Source of the DNA: Negaprion brevirostris | Taxonomy: Eukaryota | Direction: 5' to 3' | DNA: 64,000 bases | NCBI GenBank assembly: GCA_030324005.1 | Contig: JARDVH010000160.1 | Location: forward strand, 22,818,297-22,882,296 | Shown here: piece by piece, positions 25,586-38,194 of the stretch | Layout of the letters: the number at the start of each line of letters is the position of its first letter | Position numbering within the stretch: the first letter of the stretch is position 1 | Notes under the pieces: model-generated | The model's input: only the letters and a program-made list of their open reading frames with translations | Told to the model about the DNA's origin: nothing | Database searches by the model: none | Program-made: the position numbers and the translations under genes

Positions 25586-25991
25586 TTCTAGAGTACTAAC
25601 ACTGACAGGTCCATTTTGGCATAAGGTGTTAGGACTGACAGCCCAAAATCCCAATTGAACTGGCCAAGTTGGTATGCTCAGTTGAATTACCACATTGTGA
25701 ATGAATTAGGCCTGGGGTTGGTAGTTTTTCCATTTGGAGATATGAAATAGTTTGCTACTCAGGATTTAAAGGTCAATAGAATCTTTAAGTTGCATTCTAG
25801 TCAAAGGGGTACAAGAACTTTCAGAAGCCTTGTTAACGACTTCCATAGTGAAAGGAATCAAAAATTTAACTGTCAACTGGATTGTTTCATTTGTACAAAT
25901 TCAGAAACAAATAGTCTTTCCTGTATTACAGCAGTAACACTTCAGAAGTACTTCATTAACTATAAAGTACTTTTGGGATGTCAAGCAATCA

Positions 25992-26260
25992 TGAACATAG
26001 AACTCAGAAGGAGAAGGCCATTCAGCCCTTAAAACCTGCTCTGCCATCCAGTAAGATCATGGCTGATCTGGTTTGTAGTCTCAACTCCACTCTCCTGTCT
26101 GCCCCCTCATAACCTTCGACTTTCTTGTCTATCAGGAAGTTGTCTAACACTGCCTTGAATTAATTCAATGACCCAACCTCCACTGCTTTCTAAGGAAGAG
26201 AATTCCACATACTAATGATCCTCTGGAAGGAAAAAATCCTCATCATCTCCTTCTCAAAAA
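25992..26260 (-). mobile_element. CR1 LINE 3' end, inserted into a DeuSINE/L2-type tail
   Basis: gaacatagaactcagaaggagaaggccattcagccc...gaattccacatact. Confidence 0.75.
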
Positions 26261-27473
26261 AAAGGCACTATATAAACATACGCTCTTTTAGAGGAAGGAT
26301 ATTTGATTCCCTAGGGACGGCTGCCCTATTACATGGAAATTTGCATAAGAACGTCACAGAAGATATGAATGCCAGCAGGATTGTTCCAAGGTGGCTGCAT
26401 CACAACATTAATGTTTTCAGCATCTCTCATTGCTTCAGTTGTGAAGGGTATTTTCCAAACCTTCAAATCCACCACATCTTGACAGTAACTTGAAAAATTG
26501 AGTTTTATTATTCAGCAAGTAAGTTTTTACTGCTTATTTTTTTTTGTTTCTCTAGCATCATGAATTACCGTTCCACCTGTTTCTTCCAATTATAATACAG
26601 GACAATTTTGTTCTTGCAACCACCCACTCACTGAGGCATGGCTGACCAATAAGATAAAAGCAGCTGAAGCTGAGTGGCTTCTTGCCAGTGTTGTTTATTC
26701 AACATCTTCTCTTGCTCTTGTAGAGGAACACTGTCAATTATTAGAGAGTACAAGTGATAGACAAAGAAACCCCTTCAGAATGAACCTTGTTACATTTTTC
26801 GAACAGGCAGCATAAGATATCCAGAATGGGAACAATACGAAGAAATCAGAAGATGGGAAAGTTGGAGGCCGGGCTTGAGCTGAAGATTTGTAATCGAGTT
26901 TTCTTTTTCCCGACTTGAACTTATTACTCATTCCCTGAAACTGCATCTGAAATTTAACATCAATTCTTTGCATATCATTGTACAGACAGCAAACCAAGAT
27001 GTTACCATTGAAGCCACATCCCAACTTGTCGCTTCTCTCTTCTATATTGTCCTCTTGACATGAGGGACATTAATATTATCGAGAGGATGTTGGCTTCAAA
27101 GTTTTAGCTTTGAATAGGAATTAATAGAAAGTGTTGTCATTTGGTCCAGCACCTCAATGGTTTTTGTACTGAGGATCAATGTGCTAAAACCAAGGTTCTA
27201 TATAAACTGGCTTTGCTGAGTTCGTGTTCCTTTTGTCTACAAACATAAAATGTGGATTTACATAGCGTTATACGTTGAAGCAGACCCCTGAGATTCAGGG
27301 AAAATCCTGCTCATAAAGATTTGCCAGCCAGAGGCTGGGAGCTCCTGAATGCTGTCACATCACTGGGAGTAGTGGCAGCTGCTGGAGATGCATCCACCGG
27401 AGATCCAAAATCACTGAATGACCACAGGTCAAAGATGAGTTAGGCTCATTAACAAACCAAATTGACCTAATTT

Positions 27474-27602
27474 TTGATTTGATTTATTATTGTCACATGT
27501 ATTAGTATACGGTGAAAAGTATTGTTTCTTACACATTATACAAGCAAAGGATACCAGTCATAGAGTAAGTAACGCAGAGGGAAAAGAGAGGGTGCAGAAT
27601 GT
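27474..27602 (-). mobile_element. Rex1-like LINE 3' UTR fragment
   Basis: tttgatttgatttattattgtcacatgtattagtatacggtgaaaagtattg. Confidence 0.7.
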
Positions 27603-28825
27603 CCCAGTCTTTGTGGCTGGGAACCTCACATCAGTCCCTCTGACTTAACCAAGAGGTTTTGCCACGGCCAGCAGTTATTTTGGGTCCTCTTCCATGCTTA
27701 AGTGGGCCCTGCCACCATGGCCCCTGCCATGACAAGCCACATTCAATTGTGCCCCAAGTACTAAAAGGACCAAAGTAATGCTAAGAAGATAAAGATACCT
27801 TCCTTACTTATTTTTTGCATTTTGTCACTTTGCTTTCTTACTACTGCCTTAAGAAAAACACTTCAGCATCATTCTGTTCTTTGGGATACAAGGAATAATA
27901 TATTTAAGCTGTTAAATCAGGTGCTGAATTTAGAATGGTTTTCTCCATAGCAGCCCAAAATTAATATTCCTTTAGCTTTTGGTCTAAGGAGCCCCTCATT
28001 TTCCTTCCTTAGATTTGATTTGGCAGCCAGTGAATAAGTTCATCGTCTTAATCAAAACTGCAATCCTTGGTTTCTACTGATGGATAAGCAAGATTTGATT
28101 TGTTAATCATCAGTGAACTTAAACATAAGCGGAATATTAAATGTCGTGAAGTGATCCACAAGGAGACTGGGGAAATCAGTCAAGTTAAAGCAACTGACAC
28201 AGCATCCACTTTAATGGATTAGTACAAGACTTTCCAAGACAACAGTGGCATTAGTCTAATCTTCTTTATAAAAATGTGGAATACAATGATAGGCAAGATG
28301 GCAGAAATGCATTTGTGTAAAATTATGAAGTTGGTAATTAAATGCCAATTTATAGCAATTCTGTCCTTTATACTTAAATACATTTTAAATAGCTGAAATA
28401 CAGGAGTTTGGTCTTCAGTGGAATAATTGTTGTCCCACCAGCTTTTCTTTGTCCCTGAACCATTTTATTGACAAAGGCAAAGCAGGAAAACAACCTAAAA
28501 TTTACAATCTGAAAAATAAGTAAAATTATCTCCGAGTAAACTGCACGCAAGCTGACAAGCATTGCTGAATAAACTTCCTGTTGCAATTATCTTTTGAAAT
28601 ATTAAACTGGTAATTGTGGAAATAACCTATAAATTTTAAGAATACCATACCAATATTTAGCCTTGAAGGCTGCCATTAGGGAAAAGAAATACTAAATACA
28701 GAAACCAAACTGCCAGTTTTAAACTAATAAATACAGGGACTATTAATAATTATGGTAATTTGAAAGGATTTATACCAGATGTATGAAAATCACTCTAAAT
28801 TTTTAGTCAACACATGGTTGATGTT

Positions 28826-29075
28826 AAAGTTTATTTATTAGTTACAAGTAATACTTACATTAACGCTGCAATGAAATTATGTGAAGTTTCCCTAGTCGCC
28901 ACACACTGGTGCCTGTTCAGGACAATGCACCTAACCGGCATGCCTATCAGTCTGTGGGAAGAAACTGGAGTATCCAGAGGAAACCCATGCAAATACAGGG
29001 AGAATTTGCAAACTCCACACAGACAGTGACCCAAGCCGGGAATCAAATCCAGGTCCCTGGGACTGTGAGGCAGCA
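28826..29075 (-). mobile_element. HE1-like V-SINE, type-2 tail
   Basis: aaagtttatttattagttacaagt...gggactgtgaggcagca. Confidence 0.85.
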
Positions 29076-29105
29076 TCTCACCCCAGTTCAATATCATTCA
29101 CTTAG

Positions 29106-29550
29106 GGTGGCACGATGGCACACTGGTTCGCACTGCTGCCTCTCAGCGCCAGGGACCCGTGTTCAATTCCCAGCTTGGGNNNNNNNNNNNNNNNNNNNNN
29201 NNNNNNNNNNNNNNNNNNNNNNNNNNNNNNNNNNNNNNNNNNNNNNNNNNNNNNNNNNNNNNNNNNNNNNNNNNNNNNNGGCACACTGGTTAGCACTGCT
29301 GCCTCTCAGCGCCAGGGACCCGTGTTCAATTCCCAGCTTGGGTCATTGTTTGTGCGGAGTTTGCACATTCTCCCTGTGTCTGTGTGGGTTTCCTCCAAGT
29401 GCTCTGGTTTCCGCACACAGTCCGAAAAACGTGTTGGTTAGGTTCATTGGCCATGAACAGGTGCGTGAGTGTGGCAACTCGGGGGATTTTCACAGTAACT
29501 CCACTGCAGTGTTAATGTAAGCCTTCTTGTGATATGAATAAACAAACACT
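29106..29550 (+). mobile_element. HE1-like V-SINE, type-2 tail (head duplicated across a gap)
   Basis: ggcacactggtt(c/a)gcactgctgcctctcagcgccagggacccgtgttcaattcccagcttggg on both sides of the N-run. Confidence 0.8.
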
Positions 29551-30604
29551 TAACACTTCAAATCAAGTTCATTTGCAGCATTTCAATGGTTCAGTGCATT
29601 TCTGAACACGAAATGGAAAAGCCGGCTCCGAATCCCACCTGCAGGTGCTTTCAGGGTCCACTCAACACTGAATACAGATAAGACTATGGGCCCCAAAAAG
29701 TGTTGAACACTTGTGTTCCTGAACTAAATGTGCTTGTGCCTATGCTGCTCCAATATAGTTGCACCACTGGCATCTACTATTATTTCAGTTTCAGCACTAA
29801 ATCTTATGTTTTCTCAATTGCACTCCAGATATTGTAAACCATTCACACCTTTGGACACCACAAGTTCTCAGATTTAGTATTTATAAATGTCACAATATTG
29901 TGACAGCTTTACTTTTCTATGAACCACTGAAATTTCATTATAAATTTATTGCAAACAAATTTGCTATAAACAAAGAATTTTATTGACCAACACAACCATT
30001 TCTAAAAGGACTAAATGAGATTTTGTGACAAAGAAAAGGCCATGAGAGGCTTTATAAGAAACAGAATTACTTTTGCTGCTTTTCAAGTTAAAATGACACA
30101 AACAACGAGTGCTTTGCTAAACACACTGTGCTGTTTGAAATGAGTTTAAAAAACAAAACAATAAAAATTGTGATTTCTTATTGAAAAATCCAGTTTTATT
30201 TGGCAGAACCAGTGGCATAGTATGGTAAACTACAGGCTGCTGTGTGAAGGTTTATTGTTATAAATCTTACAAACTATAAATTGATAACAACCTCTAAGAA
30301 CTTTTGGAAACAGGAAAATGTAATCAGGCTAAATAAGATTATCAGAAATTAACTCCCACCCCATGACATGCTCAGTGTGGAATATATTTTCCTTCCTGTA
30401 AAATTTAAAAGAAGTCTTTGGTTTGATTTAAGATAATAGTGTGATAATTGTTATAACTTTATACTCAGAGGAAAATATGCTCACTTTTTCCTCAATCTTT
30501 TCTCTTTTCAAAAGTATCTCTAATTGTTAATTCATGCTGCAACTCTACTAGATTATGGGTAAAAGGCATTACCTGTTTTTTTTATAATCGGTCTTAATTT
30601 TCTT

Positions 30605-30966
30605 AAGAACATCAGAAACAAAAAGCAGAAGGCCATCGGGCCTGCTCACCCATCGAATACGCTTGTGGCTGATCTTAGGCTTAGACTCCACTTTCATGCC
30701 TTTTCCCCGTATCCCTTAATTCCATGAGGCCCCAAAAATCTGCTTTTGTCAGCCTTAAATATATTCAATGATGATTCCCTGTCCCAGGTTCTCTGGATTG
30801 GAGAATTCCAAAGATTCATAAACTTTTGAAAAAAGTTTCTCATCTTAGCCCTAAATGATTGGCGCCTTAGCCTGAAACTGTGTCCATTTCATAAGAACAT
30901 AAGAAATAGGAGCAGGAATAGGCCATCTAGCCCTTCGAGCCTGCCCCACCATTCAATAAGATCATG
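30605..30966 (-). mobile_element. Two adjacent CR1 LINE 3' ends
   Basis: 30605-30888 is older; 30890-30966 is young (cataagaacataagaaataggagcaggaataggccatctagccc). Confidence 0.8.
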
Positions 30967-31483
30967 NNNNNNNNNNNNNNNNNNNNNNNNNNNNNNNNNN
31001 NNNNNNNNNNNNNNNNNNNNNNNNNNNNNNNNNNNNNNNNNNNNNNNNNNNNNNNNNNNNNNNNNNNNNNNNNNNNNNNNNNNNNNNNNNNNNNNNNNNN
31101 NCAAACTAGTCTTCAATTCATGCACTCAGCCATAGATGTGGACTTCAGAAAACAGATAAGAGAGTGATGGAATTACACAGGTTTTCTTTTAGTAATTTCC
31201 TTCTCCGCCACATTGTGTTCACCAGCAGTTCAATTTAAGGTTTCTCTTAAAAAATCCCCATTTGGTTCCATTCATCTGTACACACCCTAAATACTTAATG
31301 CTCCAATGCATCTTACCTGGAAGCTACTCAGATGGTTACCTTGATTTACTTAGTTGAGTGTTGGGCTGGCAGATTGTAACCTGGAAATTCTGACTCAACT
31401 ATAACATGCAGAACGAAGTTTCAGCTTTCAAAGATAGCGTTTGTTTTTGTGCATGGACTAATCGTGTATAGCAACTCACCTAC

Positions 31484-31619
31484 CTTTCTATCAGGGTCCC
31501 ACACACCAGCCTAATGACTTTCTGCATGTTCTCAGTACAAAGCCAGCTCCAGTGATCTTTCATCAGCAAACAAAGGAGATCCAATGCCACGTCTGCCAAG
31601 GCTGTTTCAGAACCCTCTC
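31484..31619 (-). CDS. snx19: Sorting nexin-19, internal exon (start of PXC/Nexin_C; exon 8 equivalent)
   Basis: tgttgaag|GAGAG...GAAAG|gtaggt; (G)EGSETALADVALDLLCLLMKDHWSWLCTENMQKVIRLVCGTLIE(R); human ETELADTALDLLLLLLTEQWKWLCTENMQK. Confidence 0.95.
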
Positions 31620-31837
31620 CTTCAACAGGAATGGAAAATGAATGAGCTTTAGCTAGTTACCAGAAATAAATGGCATCATAAATAAATGTTCACAATCAGA
31701 AAGATAAGAACCAAATCAGATTCTTACTATGTCTGCCTTAAAACACATTTCACATCCTGCATCTAATAGGCAGATTTACTATTTTTGTAGTTTATATACA
31801 ATCAAATATATCTATTAAGATGGAATGTGCCATGTTC

Positions 31838-32140
31838 AGAGAATCCATGCAGAGCAGAAGGAGGCCATTTGGTCCATCGAGCCTGCACCAACAACAATCC
31901 TTATCTCTGTAACCCCATGTATTTACCCAGCTAATCCCCCGACACTAAGGGACAATTTGGCATGACCAATCAACCTAACCCACATAGCTTTAGAGTGTGG
32001 GAGGAAACCAGAGCACTCGGATGAAAGCCACACAGACACAAGGAGAACGTGCAAACTCCACACATACAGTTAAGCGAGGCTGGAATTGAACTCATCTCCC
32101 TGGCGCTGTGAGGCAGCAGTGCTAACCACTACGCCACCTT
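31838..32140 (-). mobile_element. HE1-like V-SINE, CR1-type tail
   Basis: Reverse complement of ggtggcgtagtggttagcactgctgcctcacagcgccagg. Confidence 0.85.
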
Positions 32141-32789
32141 GTTAAGGATCATGGCTGTATTTGAAGGCACAACTCACAAATAGCAAGCTCTTAGAACTAA
32201 ACCATACCAAGATATTCCTAGTTGAGCTACAAATTCTGGCTTTGCATTGACATCCTTGTTGCAAGGATTATTTTGCCAAAAAATGCTTCACACAGGATAA
32301 ATTAAAAACGAAGCAAGCACTATTTCAGGTGGTCAGATGTTTGATCAAAGAAATAGGTTTTATGGAGATTGCGGAAAGCAAAAGGAAAATGTGTCAAGAT
32401 GATGCAGTTTAGAAAGAGGATTCAGAACGTGATGCAAAGTTGGAGTGGAGAACTGGAGGAGTATACATAAATAAGGCAGGGAGAACTAGGAAGGTCACTC
32501 AGATGACTAACGTTGGATCAGCTACGGGTTCTGGATGAGCTTGAATTTCTGTAGGGTGAAGTTCAGGAGACTAGCACAGATGGCTCATGATAAAGTTGAG
32601 ACTAAAATTGCCATAGCAGCACATGAGGATTTCAACAGACAGAGGCAAAAAGGGAAGAGAGGTAGACAATATTCCAAAAGGAAAATAGAGTTGGTGAGAG
32701 ACTGAACCTAACTTCTGATTTGACACAAACTCAGCTTACAGTTAAGTGGCTGCACACAGTTAGGTTCAGAAGAACTGTGGTCAGAAGAA

Positions 32790-33204
32790 CTGTGACCACT
32801 TGGTTTGCTACAGAAATACTGAATATTTTTCATTAGCATGCATAAAACCCCTAACTTTGGAAGCCTAGTTTAAACCTAGCCAGACTCTAATTTGCCAACT
32901 GCAGAGCTGGAACTGACAGTTTTCATGCAGCCAGGCCTTGGACAATCAGCTTTCTTTCAAAACCAGACAGGTCTGGAACAGCCTGGCCAGGTGCATTGTT
33001 TCAGAATGAACCATTGTTTACACCTCCAGTGAAACTGCTTTGTTGGAAGAATGTTACGCAGACTTGGTGGCATCCAGTTCAGGAGGCCAGAGGCTACAGT
33101 CATACAGGTTTACAGCTTGGCGTGACAAGGACAACACTTGACAGCTGAAGGTTCAAAACCATGTTCTGCACCATCCAAATATGNNNNNNNNNNCCCCCCC
33201 CCCC

Positions 33205-33240
<36 letters not shown>

Positions 33241-33847
33241 GCTAGTATTGGGCACAGGCCACAGAATTTTTGAGAAAGGTGCAAAGATAAAAGGGGCAAC
33301 CTCAGCTCTCTCTGCTTTTGCACCTCCTTCAACAGCGTTTCCAAAATGCATCTTCGACTGGCAGCCAAGCAGCACAGTGCTTCCAGCTCCCTGTACTTGT
33401 GACAAGCGTCATCAGACTGACAAGATCCTGAAGACCAGCCGAGTGAGACAAAACGAAGACTAGAACTAGTCTTAGATGAGAGCGGAAGCCCAAATCAACA
33501 AATGTGGACATGGGTGACCGAGAAACAGCCTGTACCCTCCTTACTGAATGGGTATTACCAGCCTTTTCAGACAAACAGCTCAAATACAGTGATGGAGACC
33601 CATGGATAGAGTGTAACGAATCCTTGGAAACATGTATTAGAAGTAGATAGCTACTGTAGATTTGTGACTATCTACTTAGAGATTTAAGAATGTTTACTGA
33701 AGAGTCCTGTGAAGATATTGATGTAAAGTACTATAAATGCGATAGTAGAGTTAGATAAATATTGTTTTTCCTTGATAAAGTGTTCAATAAAATTGTGTTG
33801 GACCTTCACCTGATTCGTGCCCCCTTTGTTTAACTCACTATGTAACA
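32790..33847 (+). mobile_element. Possible solo LTR containing a poly-C/(CA)n microsatellite (33194-33238)
   Basis: TG start, AATAAA near 33786 and a ...tgtaaca end; splits L2-like sequence; no TSD found. Confidence 0.4.
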
Positions 33848-34189
33848 CACCGAGTTAAGAAGAGTTACTGCAAACTGGTCAATGTTAGTACATTCACCCA
33901 CTTTTCTCTTAACAACAGAAATAAGTGCCAAGAGTTGGAACAGAATCAAAGGTGAGGCACAGAATTTCTGGACAGAATTCAACAGGATAGCCCTACTCTT
34001 GCTGGTGTGAGCTGGAAAACATTCTGCTCATCCAAAGCCAGATATGGAATGTTAGTATACAATGCAGCAACAATCAAGGAGATGCAATTGCAATTGATTC
34101 AATGATTCTCAGAGATAAAAGGATTTATCTTGTACTGTTAAGTATTTATGTGAAAAGTTTATTTTATTCCCAACTACTCTTTGTGGTGT

Positions 34190-34870
34190 CATTTTGACTC
34201 AGCTAATAGCACTCTTGCCTCTGATCAAGGCGGCTGCTGGTTCAAGTTCCAATACAAGCTTGAGCACATATCCTAAGGTGACAGTGCACTGCAGCACAGA
34301 AAGTGGGAGGTGTTGTCTGCCTGGTGAGACACTAAACTAAGGCACTACTTGTCTGTCTGTGAAATTGTGAAAGATCAGGTGACACTATTTGTGGAACAGC
34401 AAGAATCTGACCTGCATCCTGACCAAAATTACTTCTTGAACAATCACCAACAAAAGCACATTGTCCAGTCACTCGTTAATCTGCTGGTGGGGCCTTGCCA
34501 TGCTTGTCTACACAGCAATGACTACATTTCTTGGCACAATGGTTAGCACTGCTGCGTCACAGTGCCAGGGACCCTGGTTTGATTCCCGGCTTGGGTCACT
34601 GTCTGTGCGGAGTTTGCATGTTCTCCCCGTGTCTGCGTGAGTTCCCTCCAGGTGCTCCAGTCTCCACCCACAGTCAGAAAGACACGCTGGTTAAGTGTAT
34701 TGACCCGAACAGGCGTCATAGTGTGGCGACTAGAGGAATTTCACAATAACTTCACAGTAAACCTTACTTGTGACTAACAAATAAGCTTTACTTTTTAACG
34801 TTACTTTATATTTCAAAAGCGGTCTACTGGCTGTAAATCACATTGGGATGTTCTGAGGCACTATAAAACA
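34190..34870 (+). mobile_element. DeuSINE interrupted by an HE1-like type-2 SINE (34531-34795)
   Basis: Deu-like body runs to ...atgactacatttc, then an HE1 insert, then atttcaaaagcggtctactggctgtaaatcacattgggatg resumes the DeuSINE tail. Confidence 0.7.
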
Positions 34871-35151
34871 GGTTTAATCATCTTTTTCCACAATTTTATT
34901 GCTTTGGATTGAATTAACCACCATATTATGCGTGCAAAATAATCGTCATAGCATATAAAATTGTCTTTCAGCCTCAGAATTATAAACGTAATTCCCATGA
35001 ATGCTATATTATTTACTCTGGATAAATTCAGACAATGTTGTTACAAGTCAAGTTTACTGGCAACATTCTGAACTTGTACTGGGTAGGAGTAACAGACATA
35101 AATGGAAAATGATTATTTACTGCCAAATTCTGCCCAACTCTTACAATTTTA

Positions 35152-35450
35152 TGGCAGCACGGTGGCACAGTAGCTAGCACTGCTGCCTCACAGCACCAGG
35201 GACCCGGGTTCAATTCCAACCTCAGGTCACTGACTGTGAAGTTTGCACTTCCTCCCCGTGTCTGCATAGTTTTCTCCCACAATCCAAAGATGTGTGGGTT
35301 AGGTGGATAAATTGTCTGTTCGTATCAGGTGGATTAGGAGGGTAAGAATGTGGAGTTACAGAGATAGGAGCTGGGTGGGGTTATTGTCAGTGCAGGCTCA
35401 ATGGGCCAAATGACCTCCTTTTACACAGTAGGGATTCTATGATTATGACT
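35152..35450 (+). mobile_element. HE1-like V-SINE, CR1-type tail
   Basis: ggcagcacggtggcacagtagctagcactgctgcctcacag...gtagggattctatgattatg. Confidence 0.85.
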
Positions 35451-36039
35451 CTATATTCCAGTAGCGCTAGTCACATGTGGGTTCCAACTATTCTTTAGAA
35501 TCATATCGCCAGAAAAAACAATCATTGCAACAGCAAAGGGAGAAATTTTCAGAGGGTTTCAGTGAAGACAGACTCAAGATTTATTCTGTTTTTAAGTCTT
35601 GAAACATGCTAAAGTGAAACATGGCTGCTGTTTTTGTTTCGGCAGGCAATGAAAGTATTCTCTTCTTTTTCTCAAATACATTAAACAATTTCATTTGCCC
35701 CCGCCCACCCTCTCCTCCACTTAGGAGCAAATTCTATTTATTAAAATCACTATAAAATTAGCATCATAAATAATATTTGACCAATTAAGAGGAAATATTC
35801 GTAGACATGCTTAATTAGATCTTTACATTTCCAGTCCTTATGAGTGGAATAAACAGTGGAATACTTCCACCTGGTGGAGAGAAGTATAGATTACAGTTCC
35901 CTAAATTCAGCACAGTTAAAACCCAAGCTCATTTCTATTCATTTGTATATCCAAGAATGTTATTTTGGTCTTAGAAAATTGTAGCTAGCCATTGTAATGG
36001 CAACTGTAAGTCAACTAAAATAACAGTACAATGTTTAAA

Positions 36040-36335
36040 CCTTTTTAAAAGGTATGATAGGGTAGTTTGAGAACAACTATTTCTGTTCTGGTGAGGGGTC
36101 CAGAACAAGGGGGCACAACCTTAAAATTAGAACTACGTCTTTCACTGAAGTAGTGCTTCTTTGCACAATGGGTAGTGGAAATCTGAAGCTCCCTCCCTCC
36201 ATCATGAAATAACTGAGGCGGATTAATTGACAAGGTCAAACCTGAGGTTGATAAGATTTTTGATGGACGAGGGGATTCAAGGAAACAAAACCAAGGCAGG
36301 AAACAGGACCTAACATATCGATCTGCAACGCGTGG
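36040..36335 (+). mobile_element. Old CR1 LINE 3' fragment
   Basis: LFLFW*GVQNKGHNLKIR-like region; aatgggtagtggaaatctgaagctccctccc. Confidence 0.6.
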
Positions 36336-36344
36336 ACTGAGCAG

Positions 36345-37650
36345 GGGAACAAGCAGTTGTTTATTTGTATAGTGGCTTTAACAAAATAAAATATCCCAAA
36401 GCACTCCAGAAGAGTGTAACAAAGAAACATTAGACACCACGTTACTGAACGATGGCTAGAAGTTTGGTCATAGAGGTGGGTTTAAAGGTGCATTTTAAAG
36501 AGAAGGAGGTGGAGAGGTTAGAAGAACTGCAGAACTGAGGTCCAGGAACAGCCACCAATAATGGGGCATTTAACGCTGGAGAGGGGGGGGTGGTGGTGGT
36601 GGTGGTGGTGGTGATGCTCATGCTCAAGAGGCCAGAATTAGATGAATGCAGACATCTTGGAGGGCTGTGTGGCTCAGGAAGATTATAGGTGTGATTTGAT
36701 TTAACATTGTCACATATATTGGGATACAGTGAAAAGTATTGTTTCTTGCGTACTACAAGACAAAGCATACCATTCACAGAGTACATGGGGGAGAAGGAAA
36801 GGAGAGGGTGCAGGAGGGGGAGAAGAAATGGAGAAATAGAGAGGGGCAAGGCCATGGAAGTACTTTTAAATGAGCACAAAAGCTACCAGAGGTCGTAATG
36901 GCAGGTACAATTATAATATTTAAAAGACATTTGGACAGGTACATGGATAGGAGAGGTTTGGAGGGATATGGGCCAAATGCAGGGAAAGGGGGTTAGTTCA
37001 GTTTAGGAAACCTAGTCGCAGTGGACAAGTTGGACCAAATGGCCTGTTTCTGAGCTGTATATCTCTATGACTCTAATTGTAAAGTTAAGGCTTTGCTGGA
37101 CCAGCAGCCATGTAGATCAATGAGCACAGAGGTGATAGCTGAACAAGAATTGGTATGGGTAAGGGCACCGTACATTGGATGATCGCAAATTTATGGGGGA
37201 ACAATTATATTGCCTTTATATGAGGAGCCAGATAGAATAGTGAAGACGAGAGGGGGGAAACAGCACCTGTGAGGGTTTTCAGCAGCAGATGAGGGGGAGA
37301 CAGGGGTGAAGTCAGGTGATGTTACAAAAATGGGAAAAGGCAGTCTCAGTGAAGGGGTGGATATGTGGTCAGAAGCTCGTCTCAGGGTTAAACATGACAC
37401 CAAGGTAATGATTAGTCTGGTTTAGGCTCTGATAGTTCTGAGATGATGGCTGGAGTTTGTAGCTAGATAATGGAGTTTAGAGCATGGACTGAAGACAATG
37501 GTTTCATTTTTCCCAATCTTTCACATGGAGGGAATTTCTGCTGATCCCGAACTAGATGCTGGATAAGCAATCTGACAAATTAGCAAAAACAGAGGCATCT
37601 AAAGAGAGAGTGGTAAGTTAAATTGGGCATCATCAGTGTACATGTGAAAA
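36345..37650 (-). mobile_element. L2-like LINE 3' region with nested Rex1 tail (36692-36812) and CR1 tail (36880-37075)
   Basis: L2-type terminus ttgtatagtggctttaac...cccaaagcactcc; purine-rich antisense RT region; nested inserts recognisable by their tails. Confidence 0.65.
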
Positions 37651-37669
37651 ATAGATTTTTTTTAAGATT

Positions 37670-37938
37670 TAAAGTTTATTTATTACTGTCACAAGTAGGC
37701 TTCCATTAACACTGCGATGTAGTTACTGTGAAAATCCCCTATCACCACACTCCAGCACCCGTTCAGATACACTGAGTGCCAGCACATCTTTCGGGCTGAG
37801 AGACGAAACCGGAGCATCTGGAGGAAACCCACGCAGACACAGGGAGAACGTGCAGACTGTGCACAGTGACCCAAGCCGCGAATCGAACCTGTGGCTTTGG
37901 CACTGTGACGCAGCAGTGCTAACCATTATGCCACCATG
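37670..37938 (-). mobile_element. HE1-like V-SINE, type-2 tail
   Basis: aaagtttatttattactgtcacaagtaggc...gcagcagtgctaaccattatgccacc. Confidence 0.85.
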
Positions 37939-38124
37939 TTCCTATTTTCTGTGATATAGCTTTAGAATATGGACGATTATAGATATCATACCACACAACC
38001 ACTGCAGCTCTCAAACAAAATACTACAAGAAATTGAGATTGCCCCCCACTTTGGTGCAAGAATAAAATTACCTCTTGAAAACATTAGCATGGGATCTCTT
38101 AAAGGATCATGCCGACCCTTAAAT

Positions 38125-38194
38125 CAGCAGTCTCCAAACTTCAATACGGATGCGGCCCAGATGTGGCCCGGAGGCCATAGTTTGGAAACCCCTG
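38125..38194. mobile_element. 70-bp hAT-Charlie-type MITE
   Basis: TIRs cagcagtctccaaact and agtttggaaacccctg; perfect 8-bp TSD ccttaaat at 38117-38124 and 38195-38202. Confidence 0.85.

Noticed and set aside
29116-29342. Tandem duplication of a SINE head (similar flank repeats at gaps 4505, 38559, 45067, 47650, 48877, 55419)
   Set aside because: Near-identical sequence on both sides of N-runs is typical of unmerged contig overlaps.
28909-29520. 203-aa ORF and recurrent 'LGHCLCGVC' peptides
   Set aside because: These are translations of HE1-like SINEs, not a protein family.
35152-35225. tRNA genes at SINE heads
   Set aside because: A/B boxes are present but run directly into SINE bodies with no complete cloverleaf.
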